64,000 nt of DNA from the NCBI GenBank assembly GCA_018221105.1, contig JAAOYA010000010.1, forward strand, positions 145,678 through 209,677, read 5' to 3'. The notes beneath the pieces are model-generated. The model made no database searches. It saw nothing but the letters and a program-made list of their open reading frames with translations, and had not been told where the DNA came from. Shown here in pieces: positions 30,099 through 39,546 of the stretch (position 1 is its first letter; each line of letters starts with the position of its first letter). Both the position numbers and the translations under genes were made by a program. This stretch comes from Candidatus Woesearchaeota archaeon (lineage in GTDB: Archaea > Nanobdellota > Nanobdellia > Woesearchaeales > JAAOYA01).

Positions 30099-30895
30099 TA
30101 TAGGTTCAATGTTTTTTGTTTCAACTGCGCACTATATGATGATGGATTGATTGTCATTCCGTCGCGTGCTGCTATGACTTGTACTTCATGTTTGTTTTGT
30201 AATTCTCGCGCAACATATAATGGATCTGCGTCAATTAGTTCAGCGCTAAAATGTGTTAGAATAACTAAAGCGGGTTTGATTTTAGTAAGAATTTTTTCTA
30301 CATCAACAACACTTAGGTTTGTTTGACTGTGTTTTAATGCTAACACGTTCAAAATTAGTATGTCTGCGTCTTTGTGCAATTCTGGCAACTCATTAAAATA
30401 TTTAGTGTCGCCAACGTATGAAAGGTTAAACTCTGGTGTTAATAACTTAAATCCGATGCCTGTTTTTTCTGAGTGTTCTGTTTTTGTAAATATTATTTTA
30501 GTATTGCCTACTTCTGTGCTTTTACCTGCTTCTGCTGTTATTTTGTTGTTTAGTTTGTCTGAAAAGTGCTGGTTTAGTCCTTGTTCCACGAATTCTTTGC
30601 TTGCTATAAGGATTCCTTTTTTGTCACGTCCAGCATTAGTCATAGCAGATATTACTGCGTTGACATCGTTTGAGTGCGCCAAGTGATTGTGACTGACTAG
30701 TATCACACTGTTTGAGCGTAGGTTCTCACCGTAGAATTTTCCCATGACTAGTGCTCCTGGTCCTGGATCGATGTGAAATTGTAATCCTCCAGCTTTTACT
30801 ATTATACCGCCACTGCTACGTATTTGCTTGCTCACGACCAGTGGCCCACCACCTGTTCCCAAAAATGTTACTCCAACTTCTGCCATTTTGACCAA
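30095..30895 (-). CDS. MBL-fold metallo-hydrolase
   Basis: VSHNHLAHSNDV (HxHxDH) metallo-beta-lactamase signature. Confidence 0.65.
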   Translation of the reverse strand: MVKMAEVGVTFLGTGGGPLVVSKQIRSSGGIIVKAGGLQFHIDPGPGALVMGKFYGENLRSNSVILVSHNHLAHSNDVNAVISAMTNAGRDKKGILIASKEFVEQGLNQHFSDKLNNKITAEAGKSTEVGNTKIIFTKTEHSEKTGIGFKLLTPEFNLSYVGDTKYFNELPELHKDADILILNVLALKHSQTNLSVVDVEKILTKIKPALVILTHFSAELIDADPLYVARELQNKHEVQVIAARDGMTINPSSYSAQLKQKTLNLY

Positions 30896-30955
30896 AATTC
30901 GGTAATTATGTACTAATTATAAACTTTATGAAAAAACCCTTAATTGCAGATAAGC

Positions 30956-30965
30956 TTTATAAATA
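30956..30965 (+). promoter_or_regulatory. TATA box (TTTATAAATA) ~25 nt upstream of SRP RNA 5' end
   Basis: Archaeal-type TATA element at the expected spacing from the predicted transcript start. Confidence 0.45.
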
Positions 30966-30985
30966 AAACAGAAATTTCTGGTATT

Positions 30986-31258
30986 GGCGAGCTAGGCCGG
31001 GTTACTAGCCCTTAACCTTTACCGCAAACGGGCTTTACGGCGGGGCTTAAAGCGCAAGGCGGCTTTAGTGAACATTGTTGGTCCTATCAGTTGCTGTCGA
31101 CGTCTCGTCCTTTAGGGTTTGCCTTTGTGGAAAACTGGTCAGACCCTGACGGGAGCAGCCATAACCTTTTAGGTAGGTGTCTAGAGGGTAGCGGGATTGA
31201 GGCGCTGGCAGGATTAAACCAACAGTGCCATTTTAGTCCACTTGTTGCCCGCTCGCCA
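30986..31258 (+). ncRNA. ffs: signal recognition particle RNA (7S RNA)
   Basis: GC-rich island in AT-rich DNA. 5' GGCGAGCUAGGCCGGG pairs with 3' CCCGCUCGCC. Helix-8-like GGUCAGACCCUGACGGGAGCAGCCA (cf. conserved GGAAGCAGCCA). ORF 31091..31273 inside it is spurious. Confidence 0.7.
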
Positions 31259-31304
31259 CTAATTCATCAATAAATTTATTAATATCTACGATAAGAACAA
31301 TAAG

Positions 31305-33932
31305 ATGCATTCATTTAAACCAATTCAGGACAAATGGCAAAAAAAATGGGCAGAACAAGAAGTTTTCAAAGTAGTTGAAGACAATAAAAAGCCTAAGTTT
31401 TACTGTTTGGAAATGTTTCCATACCCTAGTGGTAGTGGTTTACACATGGGCCACGCTTTCAATTATACTATTGGTGACGTGTACTCTCGTTTTAAGCGAA
31501 TGAACGGTTTTAACGTTTTATACCCCATGGGCTATGACAGCCTTGGCTTGCCTGCTGAAAACGCTGCAATACAAGCTAAAGCTCATCCTAAAAAATTCAC
31601 AGAAGATAGTATTAAAACTTTTATCAAGCAACAAAAAGAACTAGGTCTGTCCTATGATTGGAGCAGAACTCTTTCTAGTCATGAACCAGAATATTATAAG
31701 TGGAATCAATATTTTTTCTTAAAATTTTTAGAAAATGATTTAGTGTACAAGAAAAAGGCTGCTGTTAACTGGTGCTCAAAGTGCAACACAGTACTTGCAA
31801 ACGAGCAAGTTCATGGTGGCAAGTGTTGGCGCCACACCGACACTGAAGTAAAATTAAAACATTTAGAGCAATGGTTTATCAAAACAACACAGTACGCAGA
31901 AGAATTATTAGAAGACTTGGATAAGATTAATTGGCCACAAAGAATAAAGATTATGCAGCGCAATTGGGTTGGCAAAAGTCATGGCACTACTATAACATTC
32001 AAAATTAATGATGTTGAATGGCCAATTTTTACGACTCGCCCTGACACTTTGTTTGGCGTGACTTTTATGGTAATCTCAGCACAACATCCTAAACTTGATA
32101 GTCTTGTTACTAAAGAGCAAAAAAGTGAAGTTGACAAGTTTTTGAAAAAAATCACGTCAACTAGCGCAAAAGACACTGAAGAGTTAGATAAAGTTGGAGC
32201 ATTCACAGGTTCATACGCTATTAACCCGATAAATAATGAAAAAGTTCCAGTCTACACAGGCAATTTCGTTCTAGCAGAATACGGCAGCGGTCTTGTGATG
32301 GCGGTTCCGGCTCACGATCAGAGAGATTTTGAATTCGCAAAAAAATACAAACTACCAATAAGAGTGGTTATTGAACCGTTCAATCACCCGCTTGACGCAA
32401 ACAAGATGAGCAGAGCGTATGTTGAAGACGGCCGCTTAGTAAACAGTGGCGATTTTAACGACGCTAACAATCGTGATGCTATTGAAGAAATTAGTGTGTA
32501 TTTAGAAAAAAGTCGCTCGGGCAAGAGAACAGTGCAATACAAATTACGCGATTGGCTAATATCAAGACAGCGTTATTGGGGCACTCCAATACCAATAATA
32601 TACTGTGACGCGTGTGGCATGGTACCAGTACCATATGATCAACTGCCTGTAAAACTACCTGAAAAAGTAAAGTTTGGAAAGGGCAACCCACTACTTACAA
32701 GCAAGGATTTTGTTAATGTTAAATGCCCAAAATGCAACAAAGACGCTAAACGTGAAACTGACACTATGGACACCTTCATGGACAGCAGCTGGTACTTCTT
32801 AAGATATTGTGATAACAAAAATGACAAAGAACCATTCAAAAAAAGCAATGTCAAGTATTGGATGCCAGTAGACCAGTACATTGGAGGCGCAGAACACGCC
32901 TGCATGCATCTTATTTACGCGCGATTCTTCACAAAAGCACTACGTGACTTGAAAATGCTTGATTTTGACGAGCCATTCACAAATCTATTCAATCAAGGAA
33001 TGCTGCACGGCGAAGACGGCCACGTAATGTCAAAATCTCGCGGCAACACTGTACTGCCAGAAGTAGTAAGCAAAAAATATGGTATTGACACAGCAAGATT
33101 CTTCCTAGTATCAATTGCACTACCCGATAAGGATTTGGAGTGGAGCAGCACGGGAATTGATGGCACCTTGCGTTTCATAATAAGAGTGATGAAATATTTT
33201 GACAATGTAAAAATCGGTAAGGACTCCAAAAAAGTTGAGAGCAAACTAAACAGTGCAATAAAAAATATTACAGAATACATTGAAAACTTCAAGTACAACC
33301 TTGCAATAATCAACATAAGAAAATTATTCGAAAGTCTAGATCAAGAGGTTAGTAAGGCAACGCTTGAAAAATTCTTAAAACTCTTGCACCCGTTTTGCCC
33401 TCACATAACAGAAGAATTATGGGAGAAAATAGGCAACAAACCATTTATCAGTTTAGAAAACTGGCCAAAGTTTGACGCCTCAAAAATTGATTTAGAAGTT
33501 GAAGCAGCCCAAGACCTAGTTGATCAAACACGCAAAGACATATTGCACATTAAAAGTCTTTTGAGCCTTAAAGGATTCAAAAAAGTTAAAGTGATAGTGG
33601 CCCAAGAGTACAAGTATCAAATGTTTAAAATCGTTAAAAAACAATTAGAAAAAACTCGCGATCCAACAATTATATTAAAAGAATTGATGAATACAGACCT
33701 TAAAGAGTACGGCAAAGAAATCAGCAAGAGTTTAGGACGATTAATTAGTGATCCTAGCAAGTTGCCAAGCATTATTTTAGGTGACACTGCTGAAATTAAA
33801 GCATTAAACAATGCAAAAACTATTCTTGAAAAAGAGTTCAATACATCAATAGAAATAATTAAAGAAGTAGATTCTAAAGAAAGCAAATCAGGCAATGCAA
33901 TGCCAGGAAAACCAGCAATAATAATAGAATAA
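31305..33932 (+). CDS. leuS: leucyl-tRNA synthetase, bacterial type
   Basis: N-terminus KWQKKW...FYCLEMFPYPSGSGLHMGHAFNYTIGDV...MGYDSLGLPAE aligns with bacterial LeuRS; KMSKS as VMSKSRGN; 875 aa. Confidence 0.9.
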   Translation: MHSFKPIQDKWQKKWAEQEVFKVVEDNKKPKFYCLEMFPYPSGSGLHMGHAFNYTIGDVYSRFKRMNGFNVLYPMGYDSLGLPAENAAIQAKAHPKKFTEDSIKTFIKQQKELGLSYDWSRTLSSHEPEYYKWNQYFFLKFLENDLVYKKKAAVNWCSKCNTVLANEQVHGGKCWRHTDTEVKLKHLEQWFIKTTQYAEELLEDLDKINWPQRIKIMQRNWVGKSHGTTITFKINDVEWPIFTTRPDTLFGVTFMVISAQHPKLDSLVTKEQKSEVDKFLKKITSTSAKDTEELDKVGAFTGSYAINPINNEKVPVYTGNFVLAEYGSGLVMAVPAHDQRDFEFAKKYKLPIRVVIEPFNHPLDANKMSRAYVEDGRLVNSGDFNDANNRDAIEEISVYLEKSRSGKRTVQYKLRDWLISRQRYWGTPIPIIYCDACGMVPVPYDQLPVKLPEKVKFGKGNPLLTSKDFVNVKCPKCNKDAKRETDTMDTFMDSSWYFLRYCDNKNDKEPFKKSNVKYWMPVDQYIGGAEHACMHLIYARFFTKALRDLKMLDFDEPFTNLFNQGMLHGEDGHVMSKSRGNTVLPEVVSKKYGIDTARFFLVSIALPDKDLEWSSTGIDGTLRFIIRVMKYFDNVKIGKDSKKVESKLNSAIKNITEYIENFKYNLAIINIRKLFESLDQEVSKATLEKFLKLLHPFCPHITEELWEKIGNKPFISLENWPKFDASKIDLEVEAAQDLVDQTRKDILHIKSLLSLKGFKKVKVIVAQEYKYQMFKIVKKQLEKTRDPTIILKELMNTDLKEYGKEISKSLGRLISDPSKLPSIILGDTAEIKALNNAKTILEKEFNTSIEIIKEVDSKESKSGNAMPGKPAIIIE

Positions 33933-33945
33933 AAAAATACTAAAT

Positions 33946-34143
33946 TTAGTGTTTTTTGAATTGTGCTGCTAAGTCTGCTAGGTCAACGTGTCCCATGAAT
34001 TGTGCTCTGCAACAATATCTTTCTAGTCCTACTGTGTCTAGTGCTTCTTTGTTGGTTTTTTTCTTTTTTAGCAGGCTGTTGTATTCTTCCCAAAGGTGTC
34101 CTATTGGTTTTCCACAACTGAAACATCTAACTGGTATAATCAT
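33946..34143 (-). CDS. rpoN: DNA-directed RNA polymerase subunit N (Rpb10)
   Basis: MIIPVRCFSCGKPIGHLWEEY...LGLERYCCRAQFMGHVDL. Start moved to the internal Met; the ORF-track 5' extension is unconserved. Confidence 0.85.
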   Translation of the reverse strand: MIIPVRCFSCGKPIGHLWEEYNSLLKKKKTNKEALDTVGLERYCCRAQFMGHVDLADLAAQFKKH

Positions 34144-34150
34144 TTTCGTA

Positions 34151-34609
34151 TCACCTATAACTTTTTTGTCTTTTTGCTCTTGCTTTTGAATCGTTTGGCT
34201 TGCACATTTCTTTGCGTCGCACATCTGCCACTAGTAATGTTCTATCATAATCAAGGTATTTTTTTCGCAGTGTTTCATCATTGTTGAACTCTACAATTGC
34301 CTTTGCTATTGCTAAGCGTGCTGCATCTGCTTGTCCGTTGATACCGCCACCTTGAACGTTTACTGAAATATTGATTTTTTTTGCTGCGTCACCGCATAGT
34401 ATTATTGGCTCTAATAGTTTTTCGCGCATTAGCATTGGTTGCACGTGGTCTATCATTTGCGAGTTTACGCGCACTAATCCTGTTCCACTGGTAATTTTTG
34501 CTCTTGCTACTGCTGTCTTGCGCTTTCCTGATACTATGACTGTTCTAGTTTTAGGCTGTTTTGGTTTTGATTTTGCCTTGCTTGTTTTTTTCATTCTAGT
34601 TCTTCCCAC
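34151..34609 (-). CDS. rps9: 30S ribosomal protein S9 (uS9)
   Basis: C-terminal ...SKARAKRQKSYR. Confidence 0.85.
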   Translation of the reverse strand: MGRTRMKKTSKAKSKPKQPKTRTVIVSGKRKTAVARAKITSGTGLVRVNSQMIDHVQPMLMREKLLEPIILCGDAAKKINISVNVQGGGINGQADAARLAIAKAIVEFNNDETLRKKYLDYDRTLLVADVRRKEMCKPNDSKARAKRQKSYR

Positions 34610-35015
34610 CCAGTAAGATTATTAGGTCTTTTACTTTAACATATTTTAAAGTTGGTAATTTGTTTAAGCTTGCTTGTTTGAATTGTACTGTTTCTTTGCC
34701 CTCAAATGTTTGTGGCATCGTATTATAGCACATCACGCGTTTGAAGGCCTCGCTGCCTTTTGATTGTTTGTATGGTATCATTGAGCGTATTATTCTTCTT
34801 ACGAATCGTTCTGATGTTCTATGGATTTTTGGTTTTCCGTGAGGGTTTGTTCCAAGATTTCGTAAGTGTTGGTATTTTGCCAGTAGGTTTTCTTTTGTTC
34901 CACTAATTATTGCTTCTTGACAGTTTACAATGTCTACTTTTTCTCCTAGCATTACTTTTTTTGCTGCAAAACTTGCAATTCTTCCCACGATTTGATCTCT
35001 TGCGTCTATAATCAT
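34596..35015 (-). CDS. rpl13: 50S ribosomal protein L13 (uL13)
   Basis: MIIDARDQIVGRIAS...; conserved cluster position. Confidence 0.85.
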   Translation of the reverse strand: MIIDARDQIVGRIASFAAKKVMLGEKVDIVNCQEAIISGTKENLLAKYQHLRNLGTNPHGKPKIHRTSERFVRRIIRSMIPYKQSKGSEAFKRVMCYNTMPQTFEGKETVQFKQASLNKLPTLKYVKVKDLIILLGGKN

Positions 35016-35066
35016 TTTAAATTTCTCCGAAATTTAAAGCTTGAAAATTTTTAATTTTCATTGTTT

Positions 35067-35450
35067 TTAACCGATAATTTTTGCTTTTTTTCCTTTTGGA
35101 TTTTTTATTATTGCTTGTGCTAAGTCTAAGACTTCGCCTTTAGCGTTTTGGATTTTTTCTTTTGCGCTTTGTGAAAAACTGTAAGCTGCTATTGTTAGCT
35201 TGTGGTTTAAGTCACCTGTTGCTAGTACTTTTCCTGGCACTACTACAAAATCGTTTTCTTTGGTGTAACGATTGATTCGTGATAGGTTTACTTGGCGCCT
35301 TTTACGAGTAGGCTTTTCTAAGTCTACTGCTACTCGATTCCACAAAGGTGCTTTTTCTTTGCTTGCAGTTTTTTTAAGCTCGCTTATGAGCCCGTTTAAT
35401 TGTTCGTGTTTCATTTTTTTGTGATTATAATGCGGGCGCTCAAAAATCAA
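35067..35450 (-). CDS. rpl18e: 50S ribosomal protein L18e (eL18)
   Basis: Sequence and position between L13 and RpoD. Confidence 0.75.
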   Translation of the reverse strand: MIFERPHYNHKKMKHEQLNGLISELKKTASKEKAPLWNRVAVDLEKPTRKRRQVNLSRINRYTKENDFVVVPGKVLATGDLNHKLTIAAYSFSQSAKEKIQNAKGEVLDLAQAIIKNPKGKKAKIIG

Positions 35451-35483
35451 AGATTTTTGGCTCCCTCATTTTCTTTTTGAAAA

Positions 35484-35591
35484 TGCGGGGGACGGGGTTT
35501 GAACCCGCGCAGGCACTAAGCCACAAGGCTTTTACAAACAGTTGAGTTGTTTTCCTCAACCTTGCCCGTTTGACCACTCCGGCACCCCCGC
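35484..35591 (-). tRNA. tRNA-Leu (anticodon GAG) with ~24-nt intron in the anticodon loop
   Basis: Folds as GCGGGGG-UG-CCG-GAGUGGUCAAA-CGG-G-CAAGG-[UUGAGGA]-intron-CCUUG-15-nt variable arm-GCGGG-UUCAAAC-CCCGU-CCCCCGC-A. Class II architecture; canonical Y32-U33-GAG-R37-A38 loop; no encoded CCA. Confidence 0.7.
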
Positions 35592-35597
35592 AAAGCT

Positions 35598-36377
35598 TTA
35601 TGCTTTTTTGAGGAGGTTTACAAAAGTGTCAAGTTTTTTGTCAAATTCGTCTGCTGCAGTTATCAGAGCTTTTTTATTGTCTAATTGTCCCCAACCTTCC
35701 ATTTTTATTAGAAAGTCTTGGTCTGTGCTTTCAATTTTGACTTGTCCTGCGCTTATGTCTTCACACTCGCCGCATAGGTTGCAATCGTTTAATTTTTTGA
35801 TTGTTAGTTTGCCGCTTTTTACTTCGAATACTTTTTTTGGACAATTATCTGCTATGTCTTGTGCGTTTTCTGGTTTTAATATTTTGATTTTTGGCATGTA
35901 TTGATAATACATTATTCCTGGTGTCCATTTCGAGTGTGTTTTTCCTATTCCTAGTACTGCTGTAGCTTCTAGTTCTAATTCTTGGTCTTCTAGCAGGTTT
36001 ACTATTAGTGTTTTGGGATGTACTGGTTTGACTTTAGGATCTTTTGATTTCAAGTCTGAAGCGTAGACTGTTTTTGGCCCCTTAGCTTTTAATATTAGTT
36101 TTAATTGGCATTGAGCACAACCGGCGCCTTTGCACTTGCAATCTTCTACCATGTTATAACTTTTCAGGTCAGTGCTTAAAACTAACAGTCCTAGACGGTG
36201 TGCTATTGTTTCATCGTAGAGTATTGAGCTATTTTTTCGAAATTCTACTATTTCTACTGCCATTGTCGGCGTCAATCCTGTGTACGAGCGCCTTATTGTG
36301 TTAGCGTAGGCTGGTGTTGAACCAGTAATTTCAAAATCCAGTTTATTATCTTTTTTTGCCAATTGTTTGATTTTCAT
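35598..36377 (-). CDS. rpoD: DNA-directed RNA polymerase subunit D (Rpb3-like) with 4Fe-4S domain
   Basis: Cys clusters [11 protein letters not shown] and [10 protein letters not shown]. Likely start at the internal Met (MKIKQLAKK...), which abuts the S11 stop. Confidence 0.85.
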   Translation of the reverse strand: MKIKQLAKKDNKLDFEITGSTPAYANTIRRSYTGLTPTMAVEIVEFRKNSSILYDETIAHRLGLLVLSTDLKSYNMVEDCKCKGAGCAQCQLKLILKAKGPKTVYASDLKSKDPKVKPVHPKTLIVNLLEDQELELEATAVLGIGKTHSKWTPGIMYYQYMPKIKILKPENAQDIADNCPKKVFEVKSGKLTIKKLNDCNLCGECEDISAGQVKIESTDQDFLIKMEGWGQLDNKKALITAADEFDKKLDTFVNLLKKA

Positions 36378-36826
36378 ACTCTTCGCCCCCTTCGACCGCC
36401 TTTTTTTCGACACCCATCGTGCGGTACTGGTGTCACGTCTGTTATCACACCTATTCGAAGTCCCATTCTGCTAATCGCTCTTACTGCTGCTTGAGCTCCT
36501 GGCCCAGTGTTTGCTGGCCCGTTGTGACCTCCTGGCGCTTTAATTTTTACGTGTAATCCTGTAATGCCTTTTTCTTTGGCTGCTTCTGCTGCTCTTTTTG
36601 CTGCCATCATTGCCGCTGTCGGGCTTGATTCCATTCGATGACTTTTTACTACCATTCCACCGCTTGCTTTGCTGATGGTTTCTGTTCCTGTCATGTCTGT
36701 GATGTGAATTATTGTATTATTGTAACTTGAGTATATGTGTGCTACTGCCCACTTGAGGTTTTCGTTTGTTGGCCTTGAGCGGTGTTGGTGTTCTCTTGAT
36801 GGCCTGTTTTGGTGTTCTCGTCTCAT
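36374..36826 (-). CDS. rps11: 30S ribosomal protein S11 (uS11)
   Basis: [20 protein letters not shown]...[19 protein letters not shown]. Confidence 0.88.
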   Translation of the reverse strand: MRREHQNRPSREHQHRSRPTNENLKWAVAHIYSSYNNTIIHITDMTGTETISKASGGMVVKSHRMESSPTAAMMAAKRAAEAAKEKGITGLHVKIKAPGGHNGPANTGPGAQAAVRAISRMGLRIGVITDVTPVPHDGCRKKGGRRGRRV

Positions 36827-37551
36827 TTTGTTTCTTCTTCTGCTTTTTGTGCTGCTTTTTCTAATTCTGCTTTTTCATCTTGTGTTACTACTTCTTTTTC
36901 TGAGTTTGTGATTGTCTCTTGTGCGTCAATTATTACTTCTTTGTCGAATACTTCGTCAATTGATGGAGCGTCTTCTTCTGGATCTGTTATTGTTTTTGCG
37001 TCTTTTTGCTCGATTGTTTCTTTTTTGATTTTTTGTTTTTCAATGATTCTTTCTGGGTGATTGTCATTTGATAAACTGCTTTTTTGGCTGAACTGTATTG
37101 TTTTTTCTTCGTCAAGACTTACCAAAAATGATGGTGTTGTAATTTTTTTATCACCTATTGTTACGTGGTGGTGTACTATGAGTTGTCTTGCTTGTTTTGG
37201 GCTTCTTGCAAGTCCTTTTTTTACTAGTAGTGCGTCTAAGCGTCGATTCATTATAGCTTCTGTACTTAGACCTAAAATGTCGTCTAGGTTTTGTTCTTTT
37301 TGTAGTAGTCCGTAGCGTTTTAGCCTGTGCAGTAATTGTTCTCTTTCAATATCTATTTGTTTTGATTGTGATCGAATGATTCTTTTGGAGTGTTCTTTGA
37401 ATTTTTTTAGTAGGCTGTTGACTCGCCAGATTTCTTTTTTGTTTCTTAGTCCGTAATCGTATAAGAGTTTTTTTTCTGTTTCAATGCGTGCTTGCTCCCA
37501 AGGGTGCACTGGGCCACTGTATTTTTTTCTGTGTTTTCTTGGATCTCCCAT
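36823..37551 (-). CDS. rps4: 30S ribosomal protein S4 (uS4) with ~60-aa acidic C-terminal extension
   Basis: N-terminal S4 domain plus the S4 RNA-binding domain, then a Glu/Lys-rich tail. Confidence 0.85.
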   Translation of the reverse strand: MGDPRKHRKKYSGPVHPWEQARIETEKKLLYDYGLRNKKEIWRVNSLLKKFKEHSKRIIRSQSKQIDIEREQLLHRLKRYGLLQKEQNLDDILGLSTEAIMNRRLDALLVKKGLARSPKQARQLIVHHHVTIGDKKITTPSFLVSLDEEKTIQFSQKSSLSNDNHPERIIEKQKIKKETIEQKDAKTITDPEEDAPSIDEVFDKEVIIDAQETITNSEKEVVTQDEKAELEKAAQKAEEETK

Positions 37552-37560
37552 TTTAAATCA

Positions 37561-38022
37561 CTATTTTTTTCTTTTTACTCCTAGGCTTCCTTTGCCTTTG
37601 TTTTTTCTAAAGTTTGATTTTGTTCTCTGACCGCGCAGTGGTAAGCCCCAGGTGTGTCTAAATCCTCTAAAACTCTTGATTTTCTTTATTCTTTTGAGGT
37701 CTTCTTCTTTTGCCATCATCAAATTAGTACTTGAAACGTGCATGTCGACTCCTGTTTCATAGTCTTTTTGTCTGTTGTACATCCAATTTGGCATTCCTGC
37801 TTTTTGCGGGTTTTGTACTGCTTCGTCTAAGGCTTTAATTTCAGAATCTGTTAGTGTGCCTGTTTTTTTGTTTGGTGCAATGCCTACTAGTTTGCATATT
37901 GCGTTTGCAAAGCTAAAGCTTACTCCTTTGACTTTTTTTAATGCTATACCAACATTTTTTTTGCCGTCTATGTCGGTGTTGGCTATTCTTATCAAGTGTT
38001 TGAAATCTTTGGATTCACTCAT
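37561..38022 (-). CDS. rps13: 30S ribosomal protein S13 (uS13)
   Basis: S13 family sequence; first gene of the cluster. Confidence 0.88.
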   Translation of the reverse strand: MSESKDFKHLIRIANTDIDGKKNVGIALKKVKGVSFSFANAICKLVGIAPNKKTGTLTDSEIKALDEAVQNPQKAGMPNWMYNRQKDYETGVDMHVSSTNLMMAKEEDLKRIKKIKSFRGFRHTWGLPLRGQRTKSNFRKNKGKGSLGVKRKK

Positions 38023-38136
38023 TTTAATTTTTTTCTCCAGAAGAACATAGCGTTTTGCAGCCCTAGAGGCGCTCTTCTGGGAACTCGGGCTATTTTCTCG
38101 TGTGAATTGCGTTTTATTTATAAAGATTGCGGTAAA

Positions 38137-38210
38137 GGGCGGTCGCCGGGAATTGAACCCGAAACTGGAGATCCACAGTCTCCTATGATAACCATTTCAC
38201 TACGACCGCC
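38137..38210 (-). tRNA. tRNA-His (anticodon GTG) with genomically encoded G-1
   Basis: Cloverleaf G(-1)-GCGGUCG-UA-GUGA..UCAU-A-GGAGA-CUGUGGA-UCUCC-AGUU-UCGGG-UUCAAUU-CCCGG-CGACCGC-C73. The extra 5' G pairs with C73. Confidence 0.8.
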
Positions 38211-38235
38211 ATAATTTAGCTTTTAGAAAGTTGTT

Positions 38236-38248
38236 TATTTTATAAAGT
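38236..38248 (-). promoter_or_regulatory. TATA-like box (CTTTATAAAATAA) ~26-38 nt upstream of tRNA-His
   Basis: Position and sequence match an archaeal promoter. Confidence 0.4.
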
Positions 38249-38773
38249 TTAGCCTTTGATGGCGTGTACTGGTGTTGTTTCTACCAGTAAATCTTTCAAG
38301 TAAAAAAATGAGAATGCTAAAACGTACAAGGCTATTATTGGTAGCATGTTTTTAAATTCCAGTCCTGCAAAGTTTTTTACTAGCAGTACCATAACTGTTA
38401 TAGAGATTAACGCCATTGATGGTATGAACAGTCCTGCAATTAATTGTTTTTCGGTTTGTACTTTTTCTAGGTCTTTGATTAAATGGTTGAACATATAGCC
38501 AAAACTTCCGCCTATTGTTATTATAAAAAAGTACATTGCAATACCTTTTGTCAGCATTAGTATTGGCGCTAGTATGAATACTACTATCATATTGCCAAAA
38601 ATTGTGAGCAGTAACGCCATCCAATAAACAAACTCTCCTATTGTTGGGAAAAAACTGCTTTTAGAAATTGTTTTATTGTTTTTTTTTGTTGGCTTGTTTA
38701 ATATTTTGAATGCTTTGTCTACTTCTTCTTTGCTCCAACCCTTTGCTAGGAGTTCTTCTTTAGACCAAGTCAT
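38249..38773 (-). CDS. hypothetical membrane protein (last gene of minD operon)
   Basis: 174 aa, four TM helices; start overlaps the minD stop by 4 nt. Confidence 0.5.
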   Translation of the reverse strand: MTWSKEELLAKGWSKEEVDKAFKILNKPTKKNNKTISKSSFFPTIGEFVYWMALLLTIFGNMIVVFILAPILMLTKGIAMYFFIITIGGSFGYMFNHLIKDLEKVQTEKQLIAGLFIPSMALISITVMVLLVKNFAGLEFKNMLPIIALYVLAFSFFYLKDLLVETTPVHAIKG

Positions 38774-39546
38774 TTTTTTAAACCTACTTGTTTGAGAACG
38801 TTTTCAAACAAATTACCCTTTTTTTGTAGTGTGCTAATATATTGCTTTCCTAAAAGTTTTGCTGCAAGACTTTTATAGCTTTGACTTGCCGCGCTTTGTG
38901 GATTATAATAGAATAACGGGTTTTTTAAGTGTTGTGCTTTTGCGTGATTCTCGTCATAGGGAATTGTCTCTATTACTTTTGTTTGCAGCATTGCCTCAAC
39001 TTCTTTTTTTGTAAGCTCCAATGTATTGCCGCGTACTTTGTTCAGTACAACGCCTAATATTTTCGCGCCGTGATCTTTTGCTATTTTAATGGTTTTTAGC
39101 GCGTCGGTCACTGCTGGCACGTCAGGTGTTGTTATCATTAATAGTTCGTCACTTGCATTTATTGCTTGAACAAATTCTTTGCCTAAACTTTCACTAGTAT
39201 CAAGTATTACAACATTGGCCGTTCCAACAAGCTCTAATAATATTTCTTGCAATCTTGAATAATCAATGTTTAAATTGTCAACATTGGTGCTTGCAGGTAT
39301 TATTATCAGCCCGCTTGGGTGGCGACAAGCGCAATCTGTAATGTTTTTTATTCCTTGCAATGCATCACCAATGGTGTTTTTGACTTTTGTAGCTCCTAAG
39401 TACAAGCTTAGGTGAGGGTTTTGCTTATTAGCATCAACTACTACTACACTATGGCCGTAATCGCTTATGGCTTGGCCTAAATTGATTGCTGTTGTAGTTT
39501 TTCCAACACCACCTTTTATTGACGTTAGGGCAATGTACTTAGTCAT
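38770..39546 (-). CDS. minD: MinD/ParA-family P-loop ATPase
   Basis: Deviant Walker A SIKGGVGKTTTAINL; 258 aa. Confidence 0.85.
   Translation of the reverse strand: MTKYIALTSIKGGVGKTTTAINLGQAISDYGHSVVVVDANKQNPHLSLYLGATKVKNTIGDALQGIKNITDCACRHPSGLIIIPASTNVDNLNIDYSRLQEILLELVGTANVVILDTSESLGKEFVQAINASDELLMITTPDVPAVTDALKTIKIAKDHGAKILGVVLNKVRGNTLELTKKEVEAMLQTKVIETIPYDENHAKAQHLKNPLFYYNPQSAASQSYKSLAAKLLGKQYISTLQKKGNLFENVLKQVGLKK

Noticed and set aside
31091-31273. 60-aa ORF inside GC-rich region
   Set aside because: Falls entirely within the predicted SRP RNA; the GC-rich structured RNA explains the open frame.
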